From Pristiophorus japonicus (Eukaryota): a stretch of 64,000 nt of DNA. The position numbers and the translations under genes are program-made. The first letter of the stretch is position 1, and every line of letters starts with the position of its first letter. The notes below the pieces were generated by a model. It had not been told where the DNA came from. It ran no database searches and saw only the letters and a list, made by a program, of their open reading frames with translations. The DNA lies in contig NC_091977.1 in the NCBI RefSeq assembly GCF_044704955.1, positions 344,038,001 through 344,102,000 on the forward strand, written 5' to 3'. Shown here piece after piece: positions 25,586 to 37,929 of this stretch.

Positions 25586-26290
25586 GGGGCAGAAATTCAA
25601 CCTCGTTTCGCCCATTTTTGAGCATAACAAGGGGAAAACTTGCTGCCGTATTCGATCGGGCGATAGGTGCTGATTGTTTATCTTTAATCCTTGTCCTCTG
25701 CTGGTTGTAGGACCTCGATTACAAAATTGGAGTACAAGTGGGTTGAGCTTCTGGAAGTCCAGGGATGGAGTCATAGACACTCCCCTACCCATCATAGACT
25801 CCACCCATTTGTACTGGGACTTAAGCTGGCATCCAGCAGTCCTTAAGGGTTGGGAAAACAGCCCCAGAATTGTTTTTTTTTGGTGTAGTTGGAAGGAACA
25901 AGATTGCTTCTCCTGGCTCCACAAAAGAACTGCAGGCTAGAACTTGTCCCCTTCGGCATTGCCTCGCCCCTCCCTACTGGACCTATCTAAAGGAATATAG
26001 GAATAAGAGTACACCATTCTTTGCAGGGTACTCACTTACTGCCCTGTTCTGGCAGCTTTTCGTGGGCGGTTTCCTCGGCAGTTTGTATGGGTCCACCGCT
26101 GAGGCAAAACTTCGATCCTGGCAGTTTTCTCGGTGGTGCTTGTGGGCGGTTTGCTACCCAGCAGTCTTTTCAAGATGTGGGCGGAACTCTTTTTTTTTTA
26201 AAAAAAGGAAACTTTCGCCGGGTGGTTTTTCATCAAAAAACAGCCGTACTGCTGTGAAAACTGCTGAAAATGAAGGCGAAAGTCGAGCCC
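25586..26290. mobile_element. Probable Harbinger-type MITE remnant(s)
   Basis: GGG-initiated ends (GGGGCAGAAATTC and rc GGGCTCGACTTTC, weak match); CpG-rich subterminal GGGCGG repeats; abuts a truncated CR1. Confidence 0.4.
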
Positions 26291-26966
26291 GAAGAATCAT
26301 ATCCACATCTTCTGCCTCCAGACACAGATTTCCTTTGTGGTCTCTAATAGGCCCCACTCTTTCTCTAGTTATCCTCTTGCTCTCAATGTATTTATAAAAC
26401 ATCTTTGGATTTTCCCTGATTTTACTTGCCAACATTCTTTCATGCTCTCTTTGCTTTCCTGATATCTTTTTTAATTACACCCCTGCGCTTCTTATACTCC
26501 TCTAGCATCTCTGCAGTATTGAAGTCTCGGAATCTGTCATCCAGTGGGGTGCTAGATTTGTTAGCCCCATCTTTTTTTTTATAAAGAGAACATGCTTGCT
26601 CTGTACTCTCAGGATCTCCTCCTTGAATGCCTCTCACTTCTCTGACACTGATTTACCATCAAGTAGCCGTTTCATATTCCCCTTGTCCAAATCCCATCTC
26701 AGCTTAGCGAAATTGGCTTTACCCCAATTGAGAACTTTTTTTCCTGGTCCACCTTTGTCCTTTTCCGTAACTGCCCTGAATCTTAATGAATTATGATCAC
26801 TAGCACCAAAATGCTCTCCCACTGAAGCCCCTTCATTCCCCAAAATCAAGTCCAGAATCGCCCCCTCCCTTGTTAGGCTTGTTTCATACTAGCTAAAGAA
26901 TTTCTACTGAATGCATTTTAGGAATTCTGCACGATACCATTCACACTGCTTTTTTTCCCAGTTAAT

Positions 26967-27791
26967 GGGCTCAAAATGGGCCCATGCCGATCTTTGGCGT
27001 ACTCACCTGAGTTGATCAGCTTTTCTACATTTCCAAGCGCGCCAAAAAAAGATGTCCTGACTTTGACCACTGTCCGGCCTCTTCCAGGTCTTCGTGCAGC
27101 GTGGCCAGTCGAGTCGGGGGCAGAGCCAGTGTCCCGCGCTGAAAACAGTGCTGGAACGTCTGCACATACGCGTTGGAGCAGTAGCTCCTTGCTCCCAGCA
27201 TCTCTGTGTGCATCCCGCCCCAATCCCAGGCCGAGTGGCCAAATATTAAACCGACCCAACTCTCTTGCCTCGTCACGGGCTTTTACCCTTGTGATATCGA
27301 AGTCACCCTCCTGAGAAATCGCGAGCCAATCACTGACACGGAATCCAGTGGCATTCTACTACTTGTATTTTTGTAGTTTAAGCTTCCATGAATGCTTCTG
27401 TTGTATATTAAATTAACGTTGCGGAAGTTTGTCATATAGCTGTTTGATCCTATTCACATTCCTTAGTCAAGTCATTAAGTTCTGCTGGCCTCCGATGTAC
27501 CTACCTGCGCTGATTTCTTCACTCTCCTCAAGGGTTTTCACAAGTGGCCACATATGCTGGCCTAAGTTAGTTTGGAGTAACTATTAACTGGCCAAAGTGG
27601 CTTAACTGGCCAAAATGGGCGTAGGTGGCTGGTAACGCCCCCTTTTGGAAAAGAAACAAAACTAAAATAATCCTAACCAACTCACTTACACTGGCAGAAA
27701 TTGAATGTGTAAAATGTGGATTTTTAAGATACTCCAGAAAAATCAAGTTACTCCAAAAAAAACGGAGCAACTCCTGGCCAATTTTGAGCCC
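26967..27791 (+). mobile_element. Harbinger-type MITE carrying a captured MHC class I-like fragment (Pack-type)
   Basis: TIRs GGGCTCAAAAT(G/T)GGCC; 3-bp TSD AAT (26964-26966 and 27792-27794); arms homologous to 12863-13976. Confidence 0.9.
27242..27358 (+). pseudogene. Captured Ig C1-set fragment, most like an MHC class I alpha-3 domain
   Basis: Translates NIKPTQLSCLVTGFYPCDIEVTLLRNREPITDTESSGIL: the C1-set signature LxCxxxGFYPxDIxVT followed by a ..SGIL(P)-type strand. Confidence 0.8.
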
Positions 27792-28257
27792 AATATTAGG
27801 GTAATTGAAATCTCCCATTATTACAGCTCTATAGTTTTTGCACTTTGCAGCAATTTGTTGTTTTATCTCCCTCTGACTGGGTGCCTATAGTACACTCCCA
27901 GTAGTGTGATTGGCCCTTTTTTGTTCTTCAATTCAACCCATATGGCCTTGTTTGATGACCCCTCTAACATATCATCCCTTCTCAAACCTGTAATTGATTA
28001 TTTAATTAATACTGCGACCCCCCCTCCTTTTTTTAACCCCTCTTTATCCCATTCGAAAACCCTGTAACCAGGAATGTTGAGCTGCCATACCTGTCCCCCT
28101 TTCAGCCATGTCTCAGTAATGGCTATAATATTGTACTGCCAAGTGTCTATCTATACACTCAGTTCATCTGCCTTATTCCCTATATTCCTTGCATTGAAGT
28201 ATATGCTATTTTGTAGTGCCAAACTCCCTTGTCTATTTTCCAGCCCCTGTTTCCTCT

Positions 28258-28735
28258 GTCACCAAGTCCCGTTCACCCATGACCACTGTACTCGCTGACC
28301 TACATTGGCTCCCGGTGAAGCAACACCTTGATTTCAAAATTTTCATCCATGTTTTTAAATCCCTCCATAACCACACCCCTTCTTATCTCTGTAATCTCCT
28401 TCAGCTCCACAACCCCCCATCCCCGAGGTATCTGCGCTCCTCAAATTCTGCCCTTTTGAACATCCCTGATTTTAATTGCTTAACCATTGGTGGCTGTGCC
28501 CTCTGTTGCCTATGCCCTAAGCTCTGGAATTCCTTACCTAAACCTCTCCACCTCTCTACCTCTCCTCCTTTTAAGACGCTCCTTAAAATCTACCTCTCTG
28601 AACAAGCTTTTGGTCTCCTGCCCTAATTTATCCTTATGTGGCTTGGTGTCAATTTTTTTGTTTTATAATAATACTCCTGTGAAGTGTCTTGGGATGTTTT
28701 ACAATGTTAAAGGTGCTAAATAAGTAATTGTATTT
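28258..28735 (+). mobile_element. L2 LINE 3' end
   Basis: VLADLHWLPV..FKI..LRSS..PKLWNSLP; L2-type tail ..TTAAAGGTGCTAAATAA. Confidence 0.85.
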
Positions 28736-29939
28736 TTCCATAAATCCTGTATCATTTATTTTTGCACTGCAGCAATGCAATTGATAGGCTAAAGGTGGAG
28801 TATTGATATTAAAAACGATTACAAATAAATATTTTTAACATCCTTTTGTTCATCCTCTTGTCAGCTGTAAATTAGATTCATTTGAACATTGTGTTGGTGA
28901 TATCATTAGAGCTACTTATAAGCTTGGAGATGAGTCATCGACATTTATTTATTTCTCTCTCAGCTCTGCAACTAATCCAAAGCGGAATACTCTCTGCTGT
29001 CATTAACCCGCTTGAAATACAGGATTTAAAAAATGGTCTGAAATGGATGTAAGAGTAGGAAAGAATGTTGATAATTATAGTTTTTTGCTGTTTAGTGGCT
29101 TTTTAAAGAAAAGAATCTCTGCCAAAATTCCTTTTAAGCTGGATCATTGTGCCTGTTTTGAAGGTTAAGCAGACTCTTGCTTCAAGGGTAAGCGCATTCA
29201 TTTTCCGGCCTTCCCCTGCTCCACTGTGTTAATTGACTGTTGCAAGAAATTCAGTCAACATTTCTTCATGGTTGTTTGACCTTCACCATTTGATGTGAAG
29301 TATTCAATGACAACTACAAATATTAGCCAGTCAGAACTGAAAATATTCTGCTTTTTAATCACAGTGAAAATTTGTAGCGATATTAGATTCCTTTGTCCAG
29401 TTTACTGTTTCTATTCAGCATCTTCTTGATGGTGGTTTACTAGGTTTGGTGTTACATTAGGAAGTACACTTGAATGAAATATATTTTCTGCTTAACTCTT
29501 ATGGATAGATTTTCGTCAGGTCTGCGACCAGGTATTTGTCTGGGCGAATCGCAAAAACGACACTTTTTTGCCGCTAAACGAATCGCACAACATTTTGTGC
29601 CCAGGCAGAAATTTCGGCATTGTTTTTGCGGCAACGCTAAAACTTAGCGCCCGCCCAATGTTTTCACCGTTTGGATGACGTCAGTCAGTGTTCAACACTG
29701 CGCTAGCGCTCTGGGTGGAAAATTCGGCAATACCGCCCGATTTACCGTCCACCCGGAAACTCGCCAGCAAAAAACAGTCAAACCCAGGACGCACCCGGCG
29801 CTAACGGCGCTATTTTAAAAACGGAGCAGAAGTTCAGTGCATAAAAGGATTGGGAGTAGAAGGCTGCGTTTTACACAGTGAAGTTATATGTGAGTTTATA
29901 GTTAGTTTTAAAGGATATTTAAGGACATTTTGGAAAAAA

Positions 29940-31128
29940 ATGGGGGCTATACTATGTCAGCCATTGCTTGCTTTTTCTATGCAGCATTGAGCTGCAAGAA
30001 GGCTTATTAATGAGCATTTTGAGCGTAATCGAAGAGGTCGCAGACATATGGGGGGGGGGGGGGGGGAAGGCCTTGCCCCCCACGAGTTTACAGGGAACAG
30101 CGCTCATACCTGCAGCTCTCTGAGGCACAGTGCATTAGAAGGCTGCGCTTCCGAAAAGAGGTGGTCACAGAGATATGCCAGCTCATAAAGGCAGACCTAC
30201 ATCTTACTAGTGGCAGCAGGACTGCACTGCCCGTCAAGGTGAAGATTACTGTGGCACTTGCCTTCTATGTCTCCGGCTCCTTTCAGACATCAGCAGGGGA
30301 CATATGCTTCATCTCGCAGTACGCTACACATTGCAACAGCTGCCAGGTGACTACTGCATTGTATGCATGCAGGATGGACTTCATAAACTTCCCAATGACC
30401 AAGGAGGCACAGAATGAGAGTGCTGTAGGTTTTGGACGAAATGCTGGCTTTCCCAAGGTTCAGGGTGCCACTGACTGTACACACATTGCCCTGCGAGCAC
30501 CTTTACTCAATCCAGAGGTTTACTGAAACCGAAAGAGATTCCACTCTGAGCGCAGACCGTCTGCGACCATACAAAGCGCATCATGGCAGTCAATGCCCAA
30601 TATCCAGGGAGCATCCATGATGCTTTCATCTTACGGGAGAGCACTGTTTCATGCCTGTTCCAGCTTCAACCACAAGGCCAGAGCTGGATGCTGGGGGACA
30701 AAGGTTACGACCTTGCCACCTGCGCTCATGACACCTCTCTGGAACCCTCCGACAGAAGTTGAGCCTCGCTATAATGAGACCCAGGTAGTCACATGCAACA
30801 TCATCGAACAGTCAATTGGAGTGCTCAAGCAGTGCTTCCGATTCCTGGACCACTCTGGAGGCTGCCTGCACTACTCCCGTCAGCAGGTCTCGGAGTTCAT
30901 TGTGGTGTGCTGCATGCTACGCAACTTAGCCATCATGAGGGGGACAGGATTTGCCAATGGGGTCTGCAGGAGAGAGGGGAGGAGGAAGACGAGGAAGAAG
31001 AGCCTGGTGAGTAACCCATGCCACCACCACCACCACCATCCTCACCACCACCACAGGGAAGGCCTCGTGGAGCTTTCGCCACTGCAAAAGTCTCAAGTCA
31101 GCAGCTCATAAATCAACGCTTTGCTTGA
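29940..31128 (+). pseudogene. Harbinger DDE transposase (HARBI1-like), with stops and frameshifts
   Basis: RRLRFRKE, ALAFY.SGSFQ, GFPKVQGATDCTHI, YPGSIHDAFIL, LGDKGY, IIEQSIGVLK.CFR. Confidence 0.9.
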
Positions 31129-31390
31129 AGAGTGAACGGCATGTTTGACCATTGCCTGGCCACTCTCTCCCACCATGTTGACTATTCCCACTTATTCTGT
31201 AAATGAGACACGACACAGGAACAGTTAAGGTGAACAAAAGAATTTAATAAACATTGTAAACTTGTTAAAAATGATTTTCAAACATAAATAAAATATATTA
31301 AACATCGAACTTGAACCTGAATGGAATTTAAAATTTTTAAAAACTTTTATAAAACAACGACAAATCAACAACCCCTGCACCGAACATCCT

Positions 31391-33008
31391 TTACTTCTGG
31401 CTCTTCTCTTTCCCCGCCCCTCTCACCCTAACCCCCTCCCTCGCGTTATGACCCTACCCAAATTGGCACCAAGAGTTCATGACGGCTGGAGCCTGCTGTA
31501 TTGTGGGGAGAGACAATGGAGATTCCATGTGTGGATCCACTGGAGAAGCTCGGGGTATGGAAGACCCGGCTTCTGAGTGGCGAGCCTCTTGCTCGGCATC
31601 GCCATTCACAGCTAATGTGGGTTTGGGAGTGACACTGGGGACTGCAGTATCACAGATGGAGGCCATCAATTGCGCGAGGGCATTGACCACCTCTCAGGTT
31701 TCTTGGCTCGCACGGATAATCTGCAACCCAACCTCCGTCATGTTTGCAGGTAGTGTTGCGATGCTTGCGGGAATCCTACCTAATACCTCGAGGAGCTGTC
31801 AGGTGAGCTGGACAGTCCCATCATGTCCAGTTGTGCGTCCACCTGTCTGTCAGCAGACCGGCTTTGCCGACTCTCCCTCCGGGGAGCGTTGCTGCATGCC
31901 ACTCGTATTAGGGGCCTCGGATGGCTCAAAGCCCTGGAATGTTTCTTCCTCAGACGAGGTGTTGACCGGTGGTATAAGTGGTATTGAGTGCATCGGCCAC
32001 CCTCCCACCCCACGACGGCCTGAGGTGGAGACTTCCTTGAAGGATTTGGCGCTTGCGACGACTCATCTGGAAATAGAAAACAGCAGACGAGTGGTTAGCA
32101 GCAGGGGAGGGGGCATGGTGACCTGAGTAAGGTCACATAACACAGATTCATTTGAAGGAGCGTCGCTACTCCATTATATGTAGCCCACAGACACTACATC
32201 ACATTGCCCCAACCCTAGTCCACAGACACTACATCACATTGCCCCAACCCTGCCCGAGGAGTGTGCAGGACTTAACCTCACTATTGAACAGGGAGTCATC
32301 ACTCCCATGGGCAGTTGCCCTCCCTGAGGCACCGATCAGACTGACCACACTCTCCTCGATGTCTGTCAGAGGCATGCTTCGGGGCAGACCGCCGCCTCTC
32401 CGCCATGACTCCCGGTGGTTGTGGGACAACTTTCCCTACAAAGATGACAATGGGAATGGTTACCAGAGGGCCCATCTGTTCTTGTGGCACACACAGGTAG
32501 CCACCAAAGCACTTGCAGCATAATGTGTGTATTTAATACAGTCCTCTGTTTAATGGCCCTGGAAGTTGCACATGGTTCATGAGCAAGACATCGAAGTGCA
32601 GAAACATCTTATGAGCTCTCAGAAAGCAATCTTAATAATGTGTAAAGATCATTCATGGCAAATAGGGTGCAACACTAAGCCTACCTATACCAACAGCATG
32701 AGAACAAATAGTGTGTCAGATTTATAATTTAAGTAATGAAGGAGTGCATCGATAAAAATATTATTGTAACAACCCTGCAATGGTCATTGTACCTCTTGCG
32801 ATACTGTGTGGGGGTCCTCAGAATGGCATCAACATAGGAGACCTCCTCAGCTATGCTGGCCCAGATTCTTTGAAAAACCGCTGGGTGGGGGTCTACTTGC
32901 ACCCCTCCCGTTCAATTCTGCCCATCTTCTTTGAATAGCACTGACAAGGGCTTTGTTTGCCTCACTGCTGAACTTTCTTGCTCTCTGTCTGCTACATTCT
33001 CCTTCCAT
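31391..33008 (-). pseudogene. Harbinger Myb/SANT-like DNA-binding protein, 3 exons (about 33008-32770, 32435-32278, 32066-31391)
   Basis: MEGECSRQRARKFSSEANKALV..RW..IWASIAEEV..RTPTQYRKRYND; exon 2 KLSHNHRESWRRGGG..LTDIEE; GT/AG-type intron borders at exons 2 and 3. Confidence 0.75.
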
Positions 33009-34861
33009 CGTGAATCAAATTTTAAAATGGCTGATTCAGCCCTGGGTATACTGCGCATTCGTGGGCGCTCATGCCAGCTGACCAGCTGACGGGAAAAATA
33101 AATAAAATTGCAAAAAATAAATTTTTTAATTTGCACATGCGCAGAAGGTCTGTATTTTTAGATCGCAAATTTTGGCTCAGGTACACAAATTCAATTGTGC
33201 AATGCCGGAGTTATCGCGATCACTAACAATCCACCGTTTGCCGAAATTTGCAAGTTTTGGCGGTAACAGTAACCCAGCAATTTAAAAAAAAACTTCTGCC
33301 ATGATTATCGCCCAAAAACGGGCAAAATCGCAAAAACAAAAAAATCTAGCCCTTAATGTCAAGTGGAATTATTTTTTTCACGTTGTGCACTTTTTCAGCT
33401 GGCCATCTGAAAACCACGAATATTGATTTCAAAACCTTACTTTTATTTGACATTTATTTTCACTGGATATTTGACTTTAATGGTCATTGTATTTTTATCT
33501 TGTTGCCATAGCATTTGGAAAAAATAATTACTAGCAGATCTTGAAACATTTTTGTTAAGCACGGGAATACCCTGTGCGTTGCTCATGTGCTGTCCGGAAA
33601 CAAAAGCCATAGAACTTATAATGGTGCTTTGTGAAACAAATTGAATATTTTTGATTATGTGAGCAGGAGTGACCAGCTGCTGAGCTGGCAGACCAATGAA
33701 TACGAAGGTTGCATATGTGCCCCAGAAGGAGAAAGAACTTGCGTTTTCCTAATATGAAACCAGTGCTCGCCTTCCACACACATACCCTGTATTTGGCAGA
33801 AATGTTAGGCTTAAATGCCTTAAGTCAGGAACATAAAGACCAGAGCCAGCTGATGATGAGCAAAGTTGGTGGGGTGGGGGTGGGTACCCGAGAGTCTAAA
33901 AGTGGTTGCAGACAGAGAAAGAAGTCTGCTGTTAGGCACACAGAGTAAGGATTCATGATCTGAAAGGGGCCAACATCTGTTTTGTTGCCATTCTTCTGGG
34001 CCCCATATATCAAAAGGCAGACTGCAATACTGTCAGACTATACCTCCCTCTCTTTGCTCCAAAACCCTTTCCTCGGTCCTGCTGCACTCCAGAATCACCT
34101 CTTCCTAAATTTCCAGAGTGCTCTGAGACCATGTTCCCAGTGTTCCCTGATTTTAGATGATCGAGCTGCCACAATGCTCCTGAAAACTGAAACCTTGCTT
34201 CCAATGCCTCTTAAGATCTTTCTACCACTGATTCCACAGTCCAGGACCTCGCTCTTCATTGTCTTTGCCATCATCCAAAATGCAGCGAGACTGCAGGCAA
34301 GCCTCATTCTCCATGCTTCAGGTCCCAGAGCTGTTCCTGATTATGGCAACGTCTTGCTTACATTTTCAAATGAACAGACTGTCCCATCGGCTCGGTCTGA
34401 GCTTTTATGGCTTGAACCACATGATATGAAAACTTAAGATTGAGTTCATTTCTACCTTAGCTTTTCTGAACATTTTTGCAAGAACTTAACATAACTGAAG
34501 ATTCTACATAAGATTTTTATTCTGTATCTTGAGTATGATGCAGTCCTAAAATTTCCAGCACATTTTCTGCTGATGCCCTGTAAGTTATCTTTCAGAAATA
34601 CATACATAAAAGAGATGTAGCTGTTCTACACATTGAGAAACTTAAACAATAACTGGCAAACCTTAAGTTGTTGCATTTTTGGAGGCTTGAAAATATTGGG
34701 CGGTGGTGGGGTGAGGGCTGGGGGAAGGAATCCTGATTGAATTGTAGGAAAGGAACAAAACTCAAGGCTAGTCTCCTGAGAAAAGACCATGGACAATTTT
34801 GTGAATAAAATATTTTTTCATTTGTTTGCTACATTAAGAACCCGTATTTTTTTTTAAGTGT

Positions 34862-37410
34862 TAGCCTTGGCTCAATGGTAGCACTCTTGCCTTTCAGACA
34901 TAAGAACATAAGTAATAGGCGCAGGAGTAGGCCACCTGGGCCCTCGAGCCTGCTCCGCTACTTAATAAGATTATGGCTGATCTGATCATGGACTCAGCTC
35001 CACTTTCCTGCCCACTCCCCATAACTGGTTATTCCCTTATCGTTCAAAAATCTGTCTATCTCCGCCTTAAATATATTCAATGATCCAGCCTCCACAGCTC
35101 TTTGGAGCAGATAATTCCATAGATTTACAAACCTCAGAGAAGAAATTCATCCTTCTCTCAGTTTTAAATGGGCGGCCCCTTATTCTATGTCCCCTAGTTT
35201 AATTTCCCTTATGAGTGGAAATATCCTCTCTGCATCCACCTTTTCGAGCCCCCTCATTATCTTATATGTTGCAATAAGATCACCTCTCATTCTTCTGAAC
35301 TCCAATGTGTATAGACCCAACCTACTCAACCTATCTTCAGAAGTCAACCCCCTCATCTCCAGAATCAACCTAGTGAACTGTCTCTGAACAGCCTCCAATG
35401 CAAGTATATCCTTCCTTAAATACAGAGACCAAAACTATACACAGTACTCCAGGTGTGGCCTCACCAACACCCTGCACAGTTGTAGCAGGACTTCTCTGCT
35501 TTTTATACTCTATCCCCCTTGCAATAAAGGCCAACATTCCATTTGCCTTCCTGATTATTTGCTGTACCTGCATACTAACTTTTTGTGTTTCATGCACAAG
35601 AACCTCCAGGTCCCTCTGTACTTCAGCACTTTGTAATCTTTCTCCATTTAAATTATAATTTGCTTTTCTATTTTTTTCTGCCAAAGTGGATAACATCACA
35701 TTTTCTCACATTGTACTCCATCTGCCAAATTTTTGCCACTCACTTAGCCTGTCTATATATCCCTTTCCAGATTTTTTGTGTCCTCCTCACAATTTGCTTT
35801 TCCCACCCATCTTTGTATCATGAGCAAACTTGGCCACACTACACTCGGTCCCTTCATCCAAGTCATTAATATAGATTGTAAATAGTTGAGGCCCCAGCAC
35901 CGATCCCTGCGGCACCCCAGTAGATATTGTTTGCCAACCAGAAAATGAGCCATTTATCCCGACTCTCTGTTTTCTGTTGGTTAGCCAGTCTCTAGCTATG
36001 CTAATATATTACCCCCAACCCTATGAACTTTTATCTTGTGCAGTAACCTTTTATGTGGCACCTTATCGAATGCCTTCTGGGAATCCAAATACACCACATT
36101 CACTGGTCCCCCCTTATCCACCCTGCTCATTACATCCTCAAAGAACTCCAGCAAATTTCTCAAACATGATTTCCCTTTCATTAAACCATGCTGACTCTGC
36201 TTAATTGAATTATGCTTTTCCAAATGTCCCGCGACTGATTCCTTAATAATGGACTCCAGCATTTTCCCAACGACTGATGTTGGGCTATAACTGGTCTGTA
36301 GTTTTCTGCTTTTTGTCTGCCTCCTTTTTTAAATAGGGCCGTTACATTTGCAGTTTTCCAATCCGCTGGGACCGCCCCAGAATCTGGAGAATTTTGGTAG
36401 ATTACAACCAATGCATTCACCAGCTCTGCTGCCACTTCTTTTAATACCCTAGGATGTAAGCCATCAGGTCCAGTGGATTTGTCCGCTTTTAATCCCATTA
36501 TTTTACCAAGTACGGCTTCTTTAGTGATTATATTAAGTTCCTCCCTCCCTATAGCCCCTTTATTATCCACTATTGGGATGTTTTTAGTGTCTTCTACTGT
36601 GAAGACCGATACAACATATTTGTTCAACGTCTTTGCCATTTCCCTGTTCTCCATTATTAATTCCCCAGTCTCATCCTCAAGGGGACCAACATTTACTTTA
36701 GCCACTCTTTTCCTTTTTATGTACCTGTAGAAACTCTTACTGTCTTTATATTTTGTGCTTGTTTACTTTCATAATCTATCTTCCCTCTCTTTATCATTTT
36801 TTTAGTCGTTCTTTGCTGGCTTTTAAAAGTTTCCCAATCCTCTGGCCTCCCACTAGTCTTGGCCACATTGTATGCCCTTATTATCAGTTTGATACCATCC
36901 CTTATTTTCTTAGTTAGCCATTCATGGTTATCCCTTCTATTACAGTCTTTCCTTTTACAGTCTTTCCTTTTCATTGGGATATATTTTTGTTGCAAGTTAT
37001 GAAATATCTCCATAAATGTCTGCCATTGCTCATCAATCTAGACTTAGCACATAATCTAGGCTGACACTTCAGTGTAGTACTGAGGGAGTGCTGCACTGTT
37101 GGAGCAGCTGCCTTTTGGATGAGATGATAAACCGAGGTCCTGCTAGTGTTGCAAAAGATCCGATGGCATTATTTGAAGAACAGCGGAGTTCACCCGGTGT
37201 CCTAGCGATTTTTTTTTTTTTCTTCCCTCAACCAACACCAGTAAAACAGTATCTGGTAATTTATCACATTGTGAAACCTTGTGCACAAATGGGTGCCATG
37301 TTTCCCATCATTACACAACAGTTACAATTAATCCACTTAATTAACTGTAAAGCATTTGAGATGTCATATGGTTGTGAAAGGCTCTAAATAAATGCACGTT
37401 ATTTCTTCCT
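34862..37410 (+). mobile_element. tRNA-headed Deu-domain SINE split by a CR1 (head 34862-34897, body 37038-37410)
   Basis: Head TGGCTCAATGGTAGCACTCTTGCC; body GCTGACACTTCAGTG..GAGGGAGTGCTGCACTG..TGTGCACAAATGGGTGCC; L2-like tail. Confidence 0.7.
34898..37037 (-). mobile_element. Decayed 5'-truncated CR1 LINE
   Basis: Frameshifted ORF2 pieces (KSTGPDGLHP, YLDSQKAFD); tail rc (CATAAGAA)n. Confidence 0.9.
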
Positions 37411-37929
37411 TCATTACTGTATCCTTGGGTTGCTATAAAGAAAAATCGCACTTGAATGCATATTCAAGAAATGTTTTGAGTGTTTCACTGGATCCCCGCT
37501 TACCTTCCTGCTAATTTCTGCAACTGTTTTAACAATTGTGTGATTCTTCATTGGTACTTTTCTTAACCTGCTAGTGTTAGTTCATTGATCAGTTTCCTAT
37601 TTGTTCCGTAGTGTTTAAAGCAATCAACATTGTTTCATTATGTTTGTTGTTTTTATAAATTGATAAATAATCCAATGGGACACACTGCCTGATCCAAGGC
37701 CAATGGTCATGTGTCAGATATTTTACTGGTTCAGTGTCTCAGATCACTCCCCTAGACAATCCCTCGCTCTCCATGAACCCGAGGTACCTTTAGCTCACTA
37801 ATAGAAGTTGTAATTTGTAGTGAGCCTCAGGACTAAGCAGAAAACCGTTGTCACTATATTTTGGCTGACTGTTTCTGTCCATTCTTACTCTATTTCAGAA
37901 GATTGTAGATGAGACACTCCACTTGCCTA

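Larger units (their letters stand above)
26291..28250 (-). mobile_element. Decayed CR1 ORF2 fragment (endonuclease and linker), split by the MITE at 26967-27791
   Basis: MGDFNYPNI, GASDHN, KENPKMFYKYI-like motif. Confidence 0.85.
29502..33352. mobile_element. Full-length, decayed autonomous-type PIF/Harbinger transposon with two convergent genes
   Basis: TTA TSD (29499-29501 and 33353-33355); TIR TGGATAGATTTT vs rc GGGCTAGATTTT; transposase and Myb/SANT genes. Confidence 0.85.

Noticed and set aside
25660-26040. A further captured gene cargo in the 25586-26290 element
   Set aside because: No recognisable protein motif in the frames examined; looks like older MITE sequence.
29940-31128. Domesticated HARBI1 gene
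   Set aside because: It has stops and frameshifts and lies within TIRs/TSD with the Myb partner, so it is a transposon copy.
33982-34437. 151-aa ORF as a gene
   Set aside because: No motif or ATG start; pyrimidine-rich and probably an old LINE remnant.
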